IMG/VR virus record: IMGVR_UViG_3300046051_000062
Reading direction: 5' to 3' (one strand)
Source: a virus
DNA: 64,000 bases
Shown here piece after piece: positions 8,373 to 18,626 of the stretch (the stretch's first letter is position 1; each line of letters begins with the position of its first letter). The notes below the pieces were generated by a model. The model was given only the letters and a program-made list of their open reading frames with translations. It searched no databases and was not told the DNA's origin. Made by a program: the position numbers and the translations under genes.

Positions 8373-11300
8373 CTACCCAGGCGGTGGTCCCCCCTTCTTG
8401 AACCACTCAAACGTGGACTGGTGGGTCCAGCACCGCTCCTCCTCGCGCGAGGTGTTATAAGCACAATTCGGCAACGCATCAACCGCAACGGTGAACGTAT
8501 TAGATACCCCATACGCGGGATGCAATGGTTCGTCGTCACCAGGGCTGAGGTCCACGTCTCCGCCGGGGGTAAAGGCGTCGCTCGGGGAGTAGAGGTCTGC
8601 GCCGTAGGGGCCAGCACCCGGCGTCCGTTCGAGTATGCCCCGCTCCTCTGCCTTCTTCAACGTCCGCCACGCGGCCTGCTTCGAGCAGCCGCAGGCGTCG
8701 GCAACCTCCTTAGCGGTCGCGCCCGCGCCGCTGTCGCGGACGTACTCCAGGCGTTCGCGCTGGTCGTCGTTAGTCGTCCACGTCACGCCGGGGGCCTGGG
8801 CGTCGATGAAGCCAGTCGGCGCGGCCTCCGTGACGACGAACACCGTTGCATGGTCTTCGGGGTCCTCTGCGTTCCTCGCCCACCGCCCTACACTCTGCGC
8901 GACGTGGTGTTCGCGTACTCCCTGGAGGACCGCATCCGCCATGTCGGCGTCCGGCCCCTCGAAAGTACGGCCATGCTCGCGGACCTCGCCGTCCCCGTAG
9001 CACGTCTCGCACATCTCCTCGCCGTCCTCGTCCACATATCCTGCCCCCTCGCAGATGGGGCACACGTCAACAACGGGTTCGGCATCGAGGTCCAGCCGCG
9101 CCAGCAGGTCCATCACCACGTTATCGCCTGGATCTATGGACCCGACCACCAGTCCGATGTTCTCGCCCTCGAAGTCGTTGCGGCTTTCCTCGTTACCGAA
9201 GTGCATCATCTCGGGGTCCTCGCAGCCGGCGTCCTCCATCGCGTTCCGAATCGTCGGGCGGGCGGCCATGCTGGTGATGGCCGTCTTGAAGTCCTCGCCG
9301 TACTGCTCTCGCAGGTGTTCGATGATGGCCTCGAACTTCTCTCCTTGGCCTTCGTCCAGCCATTGTCCGCTTGTCACGGGCTGCACTCCGTGCCCGACCT
9401 GTACCGTGAACAACCCCCGTTCGTATCGCCGGTAGAGGGTTCGCTCCTCGGTGTCGAGGGTGTAGTCGGTGGACATATCCGGGTGGATGTTCGCCTGCCA
9501 GGTCGGGTCCTCCGGTTGTGGGTGGGCGTCCAGGCCGACAACGGAGGAGGCCAGCGAGAAGTCCGGCATCGACTGAACGTCCACGATTTCCCACTGGTCG
9601 TTCAGTACCACGTCCACGAACACCCGGTTCCACCCGGACTCGTCGTGGGCGCTGTCATCGAACCGTGGTGGGTGGTACGGAATCCGGGCTGCCTTCCGTC
9701 CGCCGGCTCGTTCGTCGGCCTTCCAGATTGCCCGGGTGAACGCTGGGGCGAGTGCGTGGGCGTCGCGGTTCCCGCGGTACCACGATAGCGACGGCTTCGC
9801 GGCCCGGGTCTGAATCTCCCCGTCGCCGTCGCACCGGGGACAGGTGTCGCTGCTGGCCGCCCCGCCGTGTTGGTCGTAGTCCGTAATCTGCTGGTACTCC
9901 GACCCGCCCCGCGTTTCCTTGCCGTCGCCTCCACAGCGTGGGCAGTCGGTCGTCTCGGGGTACGGCGACAGCGCCGCGTCCATCTGCTCCTCGAAGCATT
10001 TCTTGTATTCGCCGAGCATGGTCCCGCCGACCACCCGGTTGCCCGCGACCTCCGGCTCACAGTTGTGTTGGGCGGCGAACACCAGGTCTGAGTAGTTGTC
10101 AACCGGGGCGTCACACCACTCCAGGTAGGCGTTCACCGACCTGCGGACCCGCTCTGCGTCGATGTCGATGCCGAACGCTGGTTTCTCGTCCAAAAAGATG
10201 TGGGTGTGCATCCGCAGTGACGGGACGTGGGTGAACTGGTGGGTGCAGTGAATCACGTCGTGTGTCGGCTCCCCTGCGTCGTTCCGGGGAATGCCCTCGA
10301 ACTGGCCTTTCGCCGGGCACTCGGACTCTCCCTCCTCGCAGGGCATGGTCCCGGCGACCTCTGCTTTCGCCCACTTGTGGACGACCGAGAACGGGATGCC
10401 CTGCTTGTCACAGCGGTGGTCTATCCACTCGGAGATGGGCACGCCGTCGATGGTCAGCGACCGCGAGTTCGCGCTACTTCCCGGGTCGAAGTCGCCGGCT
10501 GCGACGGGGCACAACTCCTTGCGCCCTTTGAGCGTGTAGGCGTCCACCCCTTCGTCGTCGCTCATTTGGCGTGCCTGGTCCCTGGCTTCGTGAGTGCGGT
10601 GTGCGTGGATAACCGGCTTGCCGTCAGTGGGCGAGTCTGCCCGGTCCCATGGCTCGGTGGCGACGGTGTGGGTCTTGCCCGCGCCGGTCGGTGACGCTTT
10701 CACGACCGTCTCGCCCTCCGCCACGGAATGCATGATGGTGTCGCAGAGACGGTCGCGTACCTCGTCCACATCCGGCCACTCGATGCCGCGCTGCTCTGCG
10801 TACCGGACCCGCTCCTCGTGGGAGAGCCGGTCGAGGCGTTCCAGCGGGAGGGTGGCAACTGGCTCGGCGTCCCCGTCACCGTCGTCGTTTTCCTCCGGCT
10901 CCATCTGCTCGCCGCTGGCTGCCTTGTCGATGGTGTGGGCCAGGTAGTCATCCCGGTCGGTTACCTTTTGCCTGGTCCTGTAATCCCGTATGATGCGGGC
11001 GATGTCCCGCTCCGAGTACCTCCAGAAGTGGAGTTTGGATGCGGCGGCGAAGTCGGCCTCGCTGGCCGAGGGATACGAGTAGCCGCCAGGCACGAGCGAC
11101 GAAAGGAGGGCGTCGAGTTTGTCGTCCCTGTTTCGGATGGAGTCCAGCGACATCCCGAGGTCGTTCTGGTACCGGCCACCGCCGCCTGCTTCACTTGAAC
11201 TGGTGGAGGGGTCCGGGAGGTCGTCATAGTCCTCCATATCCTTCTTGACTGAGGGTTGGAACTCCTCGGGTATCTCGTCTCCCGCCAGGGTCGCCCACTC

Positions 11301-12005
11301 GCTGTCATCGGTGATGTGGTAAACGCCTCCCGACGGGTGAATCGACCCGGGCGTGATGACATACCAGTTCTCGGCCTTCACCTCGCCTGTGCCGCCGTAT
11401 TCCCCTTTCGCAAACGCCCGTTCGACGTTCCCGTCGTTGTGGTAGTAGAGGTGTTCCCCGTCGCCGGACCCGGACATACCTTTGCCCGTGGATGGGAACT
11501 CCCGGTAGGGGAACTCGTCGGGTTCGTCCACGTCTACCACGGCGAATCCCTCGGTGCCGTGGTCGTCTTTTCCCGCGTAGATGCAGAACCCCGGATAGTC
11601 CTCCTCGAAGATGAGCCGCACGGCTTCGTCAGGGGTGACAAGGAACGACCGTCCCTTCGGCGAGTCGAGACTGGCCTCCCCCGAGATGGCCGGCTCCTTC
11701 GAATCCTCCTTAAGCGGCATGAGCATCGGCCGGCTGCCGAACTCCCGCTTGAACGCCTTGAGGAACTCGATAAGGTGCTGTGCCCGCTCTTGCGGGGTCA
11801 CGTCATCGTAGTCGATGGGGTTGTTGTGGTCTTCGTCTGGGTTCAGGTATCCGTCCTCTGCACCGATGTCCTCATCGGGCTCGTCGCTCTCCGGGGTGCA
11901 ATCGGGGCAGATGAAGGCGTTGCCGAACCGTTCGAGGCTCTCCGTGGAACCACATTTAAAGCACGATGCGCCAGCGTCGTTGTCGTCGGGTGTTTCGTCG
12001 GACAT
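8373..12005 (-). CDS. Replication protein: bifunctional primase-polymerase fused to an SF2-like helicase and C-terminal wHTH
   Basis: Prim-pol motifs (AVVDVD, GEHLYY, GEVKAENWYVITPGSIHPSGGVY); helical SEADF domain; Walker A SPTGAGKT; Walker B IFLDEKP; four CxxCxGxG motifs; C-terminal TAKEVADACGCSKQAAWRTL HTH. Confidence 0.85.
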   Translation of the reverse strand: MSDETPDDNDAGASCFKCGSTESLERFGNAFICPDCTPESDEPDEDIGAEDGYLNPDEDHNNPIDYDDVTPQERAQHLIEFLKAFKREFGSRPMLMPLKEDSKEPAISGEASLDSPKGRSFLVTPDEAVRLIFEEDYPGFCIYAGKDDHGTEGFAVVDVDEPDEFPYREFPSTGKGMSGSGDGEHLYYHNDGNVERAFAKGEYGGTGEVKAENWYVITPGSIHPSGGVYHITDDSEWATLAGDEIPEEFQPSVKKDMEDYDDLPDPSTSSSEAGGGGRYQNDLGMSLDSIRNRDDKLDALLSSLVPGGYSYPSASEADFAAASKLHFWRYSERDIARIIRDYRTRQKVTDRDDYLAHTIDKAASGEQMEPEENDDGDGDAEPVATLPLERLDRLSHEERVRYAEQRGIEWPDVDEVRDRLCDTIMHSVAEGETVVKASPTGAGKTHTVATEPWDRADSPTDGKPVIHAHRTHEARDQARQMSDDEGVDAYTLKGRKELCPVAAGDFDPGSSANSRSLTIDGVPISEWIDHRCDKQGIPFSVVHKWAKAEVAGTMPCEEGESECPAKGQFEGIPRNDAGEPTHDVIHCTHQFTHVPSLRMHTHIFLDEKPAFGIDIDAERVRRSVNAYLEWCDAPVDNYSDLVFAAQHNCEPEVAGNRVVGGTMLGEYKKCFEEQMDAALSPYPETTDCPRCGGDGKETRGGSEYQQITDYDQHGGAASSDTCPRCDGDGEIQTRAAKPSLSWYRGNRDAHALAPAFTRAIWKADERAGGRKAARIPYHPPRFDDSAHDESGWNRVFVDVVLNDQWEIVDVQSMPDFSLASSVVGLDAHPQPEDPTWQANIHPDMSTDYTLDTEERTLYRRYERGLFTVQVGHGVQPVTSGQWLDEGQGEKFEAIIEHLREQYGEDFKTAITSMAARPTIRNAMEDAGCEDPEMMHFGNEESRNDFEGENIGLVVGSIDPGDNVVMDLLARLDLDAEPVVDVCPICEGAGYVDEDGEEMCETCYGDGEVREHGRTFEGPDADMADAVLQGVREHHVAQSVGRWARNAEDPEDHATVFVVTEAAPTGFIDAQAPGVTWTTNDDQRERLEYVRDSGAGATAKEVADACGCSKQAAWRTLKKAEERGILERTPGAGPYGADLYSPSDAFTPGGDVDLSPGDDEPLHPAYGVSNTFTVAVDALPNCAYNTSREEERCWTHQSTFEWFKKGGPPPG

Positions 12006-12183
12006 GGGTGTCCCTAAAGGTTTAAGTAGACCGCGACACAAGGAGAGTATGTGTGCGTCTTCCTTCTGGCGCGGTCCGCTTTCGAGGAGATACTTCTTCC
12101 CCTTCCGTGTTAAAGCTTGGGTCCCTCTCGTGAGCGCCGGTACCTTGTAGTCAGTCCGGTGTTAATACTACTACGTAGCCACG

Positions 12184-12663
12184 ATGATGACCGCCCGCGA
12201 CCTACTCGACGGCGACGCTCTCCTCCCTGGGGATGTCGTCGTGGACAAGACGACGCACCGCCCCATGCAAGTGACCGGCTACGAACAGCGCAACGCCGAA
12301 CAAGTACCCGAGGTGTGGGAGAGCAACGTCAACCAGCACGGCCTGTCGCTCGACCCCGAGGCAAGCGTCATCGAACTTATCGACCTCCCGACGGGCAACC
12401 ACTACTACGTCCCCGAGGAAATCGAGCGGTTCCCGACCGACCGCCTCATGCGCATCATCACCGAACCCGCGACCGATGAACGCCGCGTCCAAGAGAAGGT
12501 CGTCCGGTCCGTGATGGCCCACCTGCTATCCGACCTCCGCACCCACGACGACGGGATAGTAGCCGCCTCCGCCCTCCTCGACGTGTGCCAGACCCATTGG
12601 GGCGACGAATACGTCTCGGAAGTAGCCGAGTTCGCCGAACTCGTCGCCGACATCGGACACTAA
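12184..12663 (+). CDS. Hypothetical protein
   Basis: Acidic 159-aa ORF divergent from the replication gene. Confidence 0.65.
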   Translation: MMTARDLLDGDALLPGDVVVDKTTHRPMQVTGYEQRNAEQVPEVWESNVNQHGLSLDPEASVIELIDLPTGNHYYVPEEIERFPTDRLMRIITEPATDERRVQEKVVRSVMAHLLSDLRTHDDGIVAASALLDVCQTHWGDEYVSEVAEFAELVADIGH

Positions 12664-12961
12664 CCAGTCCTCCTCCCGTGCGGTAGACGGCTGGCGTGGG
12701 AACTGGCGTTCTCGACGCCCACCGTGTCGATCACCCCCGGTGGCCAGGGGACCAGAGCGGGGTCCGAACAACGTAGAACCACCTTCGCTCCAGAACCACC
12801 ACCGCCCGTGCCCTTAGCGCGCTTTACTAATACAACGGACACAAGCCGCGCGTATAGACATGGTAAACCCCGGCTGAACCAGCCAGCCTATTCGACCCCA
12901 CACGGGGGATATTAGACCTTTTGGGACAATTATATCAGACAGGGGGTCAAAGGGTGGATAC

Positions 12962-14650
12962 ATGCCGGACGTTGACCCGGTGACATACGAAGCAATCGAC
13001 CACGTAATCGAGAACCGCGACCCCCAAGCGGAGTGGGCGCCCGAGGAGATGCGGAAAGCCCTGAAAGAACACGCCAAGGGAACGAGTCAATCCCAGGCCG
13101 TCGGGGACCGTGACTTCTCCCAGGCTCTCCTCTCGAAACGGTGGGCGGACGTGGAGGAGGTGGCCGACGAACTGCGACAGCAGTACGAGGCCGACACGGC
13201 ACTGTTCAAAGACCCCATCCAGCAGGCAGCCGACCAGTTCCGCGAGTTCTTCGAGGAACTGGACGAGGAGTACGGGTTCGGGATCAATGACCTCGCCGTC
13301 CGCATGATGGTGGACGAGATAGAGGAGGCGGGACAGTTGCCCGCCCCGATGTACGTCAAGCAGTTCCTCGACAGCGCGAAATCCGGGGTGGGCAACGCCC
13401 AGACCCTCAACTACATCACGCGCCGGTACTCGACCTGGCTGGAGAACTACCAGCAGGACTCCATGAGTGACCCGGGGATGGACCCGGGCCAGGGGTTCAG
13501 CGGGCCGAGCATCCAGCAGACCCAGCCGCCCCAACAGGGCATGGCTGGCGGCCCGCAGGTCGGCACGGAAGCGGACATGTTTCCCAACCAGCAACAGGAA
13601 CAGTCACAGCCGCCCCGCCGACACCCCCCGGAGCCACAACAGCAACACGACCCCCGCATCGACCAACTCCAAGAGCAGGTCGAGCAGCTAACGGAGGTCG
13701 TCGCACAGCAAGCCCAGGGCGACGACGGGGAGACGGAGTACATCCGGGTCGAGCAGGACGATGGGACGGTCATCGAACTGCCGGTGGACGACCCGCGTGC
13801 CAAGCAGATGTTCGAAGACGACGAGGAGGACATGTTCGAACAGATGCGAAAACTTTGCGAACTCGGCCTCATCGTCACCCCCACCGACCTGGAGGACGAC
13901 TCCGGGGACGCCATGGGCGAGGCGGTCGCGGAGGCCATCGAGTCCCTCGGTCAGCGCCAGATGCAGATGCAACAGCAGCAGGCCGAGCGGTTCGAGAGCG
14001 TCCTCGAACAGATACGCGAATCCGAGGAGGACGACGAACCCGACCTGTCTGGCGAGGACGTGCGCGACATCATCAACGACGAACTCAAGGAGGACGAGGT
14101 GGATCGGCTCGAACGGGAACTCCAGCGGACACGCGAGAGCATGGAGGAGGAACTCAAGAGCGTCAAGCGGGCGGGCGGGGTCGAGCAAAACCCCGAGTTC
14201 GCCAAGCGCGACCGCGAAATCGAGTTCCAAGAGGAGTCCCTGCGGACCCTCAACGAGAACCTCCAGGTCCTCCCGGAGAAAGTGTCGGCCGCCCTCCGTG
14301 ACGGCATCGTCCCCGCGATGAAGGAGGTCCAGCACATGCAGCCCGGCGAAGGCCACCCCGCCTGGAGTCCGCCAGCCCAACAACAGCAGGGCGAGCCAGC
14401 CTACGTCCCCGAGGAGGCCCAACAGCCCGACCCCCAGCCCCAGCCACAACCCCGCCAGCAACAACCCACCACCGAGGAGTCCTACCCGGACCCCGAAGTG
14501 CCACCACAGGGGCGTGAGCCCGAGCGGCAAACGGCACACGAACAAACGGACCAAGCGGAACCAGAGCAATCGAACGAGCAGAAGGCAGCGGAGGTCCGAG
14601 AGCGGCTCGGACTGACTGACAGCGACACCCCCCAGGAGGTCGAAGCATGA
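12962..14650 (+). CDS. Large acidic coiled-coil protein with Q/P-rich linkers
   Basis: 562 aa, heptad-like EQLQEQVEQL and DRLERELQRTRE segments; stop overlaps the next start. Confidence 0.8.
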   Translation: MPDVDPVTYEAIDHVIENRDPQAEWAPEEMRKALKEHAKGTSQSQAVGDRDFSQALLSKRWADVEEVADELRQQYEADTALFKDPIQQAADQFREFFEELDEEYGFGINDLAVRMMVDEIEEAGQLPAPMYVKQFLDSAKSGVGNAQTLNYITRRYSTWLENYQQDSMSDPGMDPGQGFSGPSIQQTQPPQQGMAGGPQVGTEADMFPNQQQEQSQPPRRHPPEPQQQHDPRIDQLQEQVEQLTEVVAQQAQGDDGETEYIRVEQDDGTVIELPVDDPRAKQMFEDDEEDMFEQMRKLCELGLIVTPTDLEDDSGDAMGEAVAEAIESLGQRQMQMQQQQAERFESVLEQIRESEEDDEPDLSGEDVRDIINDELKEDEVDRLERELQRTRESMEEELKSVKRAGGVEQNPEFAKRDREIEFQEESLRTLNENLQVLPEKVSAALRDGIVPAMKEVQHMQPGEGHPAWSPPAQQQQGEPAYVPEEAQQPDPQPQPQPRQQQPTTEESYPDPEVPPQGREPERQTAHEQTDQAEPEQSNEQKAAEVRERLGLTDSDTPQEVEA

Positions 14651-15468
14651 AACTGAAAGATGTCCCCACAAAAGTGTTGATAGGCTCAGGAAAAGGCGGC
14701 GTCGGGAAGACGACGGTCGCGTCCGACATCGCCAAGACAGCAGCCGAACTGGTCGATGCGGTCGGCCTCATCGACGCCGACATCTCGACGCCGAACACAC
14801 CCCAGGTGGTCGGCGGCGAAGGAATGGACGTATCCAGCCAACGCCTCGCCACCGGAGACGCCCTGGTGCCCCCGGACGTAGACGGCATCCAGGTCATCTC
14901 CCAGGGCATGGTCCTCCCGGACGACGTGCCCGTCCTGCGCGGGGCGCAGTGGCGTGCAGAGACGGTCGCCGACTACATCAGCAACGTCGAGTGGGCCGAC
15001 GACACCGAACTGGTCGTCATCGACAGCCCGCCCGGCAGCGGCGGCGAACTCCAGACGGTCGCGTCGATGGTCGCTCTCGATCACGCCTACGTCGTCACGA
15101 CCCCCCATCCCTCGTCGGTCCGTGACGCCACCAAGACCCACGAGTTCTTCAACCAGGCAAACGTCCCCCATTCGGTCCTGCTGAACATGGCGTACATCCC
15201 CCACACCGACATCGTCCAGCACGTCACCAGTACAACCGACTTCGAGGACATCCAGGGTATCGGCGAGGCCAAGGCCGAATCCATCGCGGAACTGATGGAC
15301 GAGCAGGCCCCCGACTTCGACCTGTTCGGCCACGAGGCCGGCTACGAGGCCCCCATCGACGCCCCGCAGGCCGGTGTCATCCCCTACACCGACCAGTTCT
15401 CCCTGCGCAGCATGGTGCTGGAGAATGTGCTGGGTGACCTCCTCGACGCACAGGAGGTCGAAGCATGA
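14647..15468 (+). CDS. Mrp/NBP35-like (SIMIBI) P-loop ATPase
   Basis: GSGKGGVGKTT, DADISTPN, VIDSPPG and VTTP motifs. Confidence 0.85.
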   Translation: MKLKDVPTKVLIGSGKGGVGKTTVASDIAKTAAELVDAVGLIDADISTPNTPQVVGGEGMDVSSQRLATGDALVPPDVDGIQVISQGMVLPDDVPVLRGAQWRAETVADYISNVEWADDTELVVIDSPPGSGGELQTVASMVALDHAYVVTTPHPSSVRDATKTHEFFNQANVPHSVLLNMAYIPHTDIVQHVTSTTDFEDIQGIGEAKAESIAELMDEQAPDFDLFGHEAGYEAPIDAPQAGVIPYTDQFSLRSMVLENVLGDLLDAQEVEA

Positions 15469-15935
15469 GCCAGGAGCAACCCGACATGGGGCTCGTCGGG
15501 CAGACTATCGCCGGCTTGTTGGGTACTGTCAACGAAGGGTTCGACTGGGATGTCATCGAGCGCCGCTACGACGAAGACCCCGTAGGCACGGCCATGGCAC
15601 TCCACTTCACCGACGAGGGCGGCGAGGACGCCGACGAGAGCGTTCTCCTGGGTATCGCCGACGGGCCGCGCATCGTCATGCTCGATGAACTAACGGACGA
15701 GTGGGAGTACATCGGTGCCATCGTCACCTACCAGCGGTTCGGCCTCCGCATCCTCGACCCGATTGATGATATGACACCGGACAAAGCCCGCTACCAGCAT
15801 CGCGGTGTCACCATCTACCCCGGCGAGGAGGAATCCCGCGAGCGTGTGTGGCTCGTCGTGTCGAACGTCCTCGACATCATGCTGGAGACAGTCATCTACA
15901 AGGCCAACCAGCAGGCCGAGGAGGAGCCAGCATGA
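15465..15935 (+). CDS. Hypothetical protein
   Basis: Translationally coupled acidic ORF. Confidence 0.7.
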   Translation: MSQEQPDMGLVGQTIAGLLGTVNEGFDWDVIERRYDEDPVGTAMALHFTDEGGEDADESVLLGIADGPRIVMLDELTDEWEYIGAIVTYQRFGLRILDPIDDMTPDKARYQHRGVTIYPGEEESRERVWLVVSNVLDIMLETVIYKANQQAEEEPA

Positions 15936-16111
15936 AAGCCGAAGGCGACTGCCCCGACTGCGGTAAGGCCGTCGGGGTACATATCGCGGGGGACCTCGCC
16001 TCGATGTTCAAAAGCAGCATCGAGCAGTTCATGGGCCGGGACGGCAACGCAATGCGTTGCTCGAACTGCGGCAAGTACGTCGAGCCCGCAGGCGTGTCCA
16101 TCGAGGAGTAA
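15932..16111 (+). CDS. Small zinc-finger protein
   Basis: CPDCG...CSNCG; ATGA overlap with the upstream gene. Confidence 0.65.
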   Translation: MKAEGDCPDCGKAVGVHIAGDLASMFKSSIEQFMGRDGNAMRCSNCGKYVEPAGVSIEE

Positions 16112-16119
16112 CAGTACGC

Positions 16120-17031
16120 ATGTCGAACGGGACCGAGTTCGAGGCGTTCGAGGCGTTCGAGGCGTACTACGACGAGGCCAAGGGGAACATCGACCAGCGA
16201 ATCACTGAAATCCTCGCCGACAACGAGGAGTTCACGATCAAGCGCCGGATGCTCGAACACTCCACGCGGGGGGGCAAGCGGCTTCGCCCGGTGTTGACCA
16301 TGCTGGTCAGTGACGTGTACGGTTCGCCCTACGACAAGGCCATCAACCACGCCGCCATCGTGGAACTCATCCATAACGCCTCGCTGGTCGCCGATGACAG
16401 AGCCGATAACGACGCGACCCGGCGTGGGGCGCCGGCCCTCTGGAAAATCATCGAGAAACTGCCTCTCGGTCGGAGGGGGCACAAGTTCATCACGGGCGCG
16501 ACCGTGATGGCCGAGAACGGCCTGGTGGCGCTCGCGTTCCAACTCGCAGCGGAACACGATGTCGCCCAGGCGGTCGCCCACGGGATGCGCAAACTCGTGG
16601 ACGGCTTTTTCCTCGAAGGAGCCAACGTGTTCGAGGGAGTCGTCGGCGGCGGGTACGACAAGTACGTCGAAATCAACAAGGCCAAGACCGGCGGACTGTT
16701 CGCCCTCGCAGCCTGGATGCCCGCCACCTACGTCGATGCCCCCGAGGAACAGGTAGACGCCGCCCGCAAGTACGGCGAGACACTCGGTATCCTCTACCAA
16801 ATCGCAGACGACATCGCGGACGACGACCTGCCGTCGTACATCCCCGACCCGGCGGAGGAACTGGAGAAGTGGTACGACAAGGCACAGGAGCAGGTAGAGC
16901 GGATGCCGCCCGACGAAAAGGAGGACCTGCTCCGGGCTGCCCCCGCGTGGGTAGTTTACAGGATGTTCGAGCAAGAGGAAATGTTGGGGGAAATCGAGCC
17001 GTCGTTTCTCCCACCAGCGAAGGAGGTGTAG
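16120..17031 (+). CDS. Polyprenyl diphosphate synthase (trans-IPPS family)
   Basis: GGKRLRP, ELIHNASLVADDRAD..RRG (first Asp-rich motif), KTGGLF, YQIADDIAD (second Asp-rich motif). Confidence 0.92.
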   Translation: MSNGTEFEAFEAFEAYYDEAKGNIDQRITEILADNEEFTIKRRMLEHSTRGGKRLRPVLTMLVSDVYGSPYDKAINHAAIVELIHNASLVADDRADNDATRRGAPALWKIIEKLPLGRRGHKFITGATVMAENGLVALAFQLAAEHDVAQAVAHGMRKLVDGFFLEGANVFEGVVGGGYDKYVEINKAKTGGLFALAAWMPATYVDAPEEQVDAARKYGETLGILYQIADDIADDDLPSYIPDPAEELEKWYDKAQEQVERMPPDEKEDLLRAAPAWVVYRMFEQEEMLGEIEPSFLPPAKEV

Positions 17032-17262
17032 ATGTTCGACCCGCTACTTGCGTTCTACAATGGTGGGGTGGTTGCTTCGTCGTTGTTCATCGTGTGGTTG
17101 TCCCTGGTCGTCCACACCCTCGACGCCACCGTGGAGGCACCGCCGTGGGTCATCGCAGTGTACGTCCTGTTCACGGTTGTGTTGTGGCCGGCCTCGGTGC
17201 TGTTCGTTCTCTGGATGCTGTCGAACGGCAGCATCCGAACGCCCCACGGGGAGGTCCCGTAG
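17032..17262 (+). CDS. Small two-TM membrane protein
   Basis: Two hydrophobic helices; abuts both neighbours. Confidence 0.65.
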   Translation: MFDPLLAFYNGGVVASSLFIVWLSLVVHTLDATVEAPPWVIAVYVLFTVVLWPASVLFVLWMLSNGSIRTPHGEVP

Positions 17263-18048
17263 ATGTTTAGCCGAGAGCGCCGGCAAATCCGCCACGACTT
17301 CGGGGTGACCCCCGAACTCGTCCGCCGATACTCCAAACACACTCCCAGGGCGTCCGCGCTCCGGGCTGCCCGGCAGGTCACGGGCGTCACGACCTACCTG
17401 TCGTGGATGGCGACCGGTGAGGCTCGCTGCTACGAGGGGTCGGTGTTCGGCACCGTCATCGTCTGCATGGACGAGGTGACCGACGAACTCGGCGAACGGC
17501 TCGGCGACGGCGTGACCGAGCGGGCGCTCGACGGCGACGCGGACCACGAGTGCCTGGAGGTCCTCTCGGTGGCTTCGGACATCGCTCGCGGCCCCCGGTT
17601 CGATGAGGCAGTCCGGTACATCGGCAACTGGCAGGACGCAAGCATGAAACAAACGGAGGACCTGCACTCCGCCGAAGTCCACGACATCACCTTCCACAAG
17701 GGCGGGTCCTCTGCACTGGCGAACCTTCACATGGTCAAGGACTCCCCGTCGAACAGGGAGGACAGGTTCGCCATGCAGTTCGGGTACCTCATGCAACTGC
17801 TGGACGACTACCGCGACCAGCCCGAGGACGACGAGGAGGGGCTCTCGACCCTGTTCACGATAGGGGACATGGACGCAGCCGACCTCCGCGAAACGATAGC
17901 CGACGTGGAGTCACAGGCCATCGACCTCTACGGCGACACCCCCGCAGTGAGACGGTTCTTCCGTGTCTGCCGGATGCACTACCGGCTCGGGTGGATGGCG
18001 AACAACACCCCCATCGACCCCTCCTCTGTGGTCCCCTGGTACCTTTGA
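17263..18048 (+). CDS. Class I isoprenoid/terpene synthase-like protein
   Basis: Asp-rich motifs MDEVTD and QLLDDYRDQPED in an all-helical protein, adjacent to the IPPS. Confidence 0.65.
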   Translation: MFSRERRQIRHDFGVTPELVRRYSKHTPRASALRAARQVTGVTTYLSWMATGEARCYEGSVFGTVIVCMDEVTDELGERLGDGVTERALDGDADHECLEVLSVASDIARGPRFDEAVRYIGNWQDASMKQTEDLHSAEVHDITFHKGGSSALANLHMVKDSPSNREDRFAMQFGYLMQLLDDYRDQPEDDEEGLSTLFTIGDMDAADLRETIADVESQAIDLYGDTPAVRRFFRVCRMHYRLGWMANNTPIDPSSVVPWYL

Positions 18049-18050
18049 GG

Positions 18051-18581
18051 TCACCCGGGGTCGCTCTCCAGCCGCTCGGTCACGTACTCGAACCACGACT
18101 GGTCCTCCAGCGGCATCCAGAGGGCGCACCACCCGCTCGGGTGGACGTTCGTGCCGCCGAACCAGTCCTCCTCATGCCCCACGATGTCGCACTCGGGGCC
18201 GCCGCTTCCGGGCGATTCGCGCTCGTTGTAGAACCGGCACGTCTCGCAACGGTACTCCCAAACCCCAACCGGCAGGGGTGTTTGGGGGGCGTAGAAGGCG
18301 TCGTACTTGCTAATCTTGCCGCGCTCGGCGTTCCGCGCTCTCGCCCGCAAGATGTCCTCGATGCCGTCCAGCGTCTCCTCGCCGCCGAGCGCGTACCCGA
18401 ACACGGTCGCCGGGAGAACACCCGGGGAGAACAGGAACGAGCCGGCGTCTATCTCCTCGGGGCCGACCAGCAGCGAGGCAAGCGATGGGATAACCTCCTC
18501 GAACTCGGGCGTAGAGATGAACGCCGTCTGCTGGTCTGACTCGGGGACACGAGGCCGTGGTTCCTCCTCGAACCTCGACAT
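18051..18581 (-). CDS. High-potential iron-sulfur protein (HiPIP)-like domain protein
   Basis: CETCRFY...C.IV...VHPSGWCALW, the four-Cys HiPIP pattern. Confidence 0.7.
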   Translation of the reverse strand: MSRFEEEPRPRVPESDQQTAFISTPEFEEVIPSLASLLVGPEEIDAGSFLFSPGVLPATVFGYALGGEETLDGIEDILRARARNAERGKISKYDAFYAPQTPLPVGVWEYRCETCRFYNERESPGSGGPECDIVGHEEDWFGGTNVHPSGWCALWMPLEDQSWFEYVTERLESDPG

Positions 18582-18626
18582 ACGTGGCAGTGAGTGGCGC
18601 GAACCTTTTAGTTCCCGGCGATCCCG

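Noticed and set aside
14647-15468. Ordinary Fe-S cluster carrier (Mrp/ApbC) function
   Set aside because: The conserved C-terminal CxxC is absent.
16138-16164. (TTCGAGGCG)x3 tandem repeat
   Set aside because: A short in-frame FEA repeat at the prenyl synthase N-terminus; likely neutral slippage.
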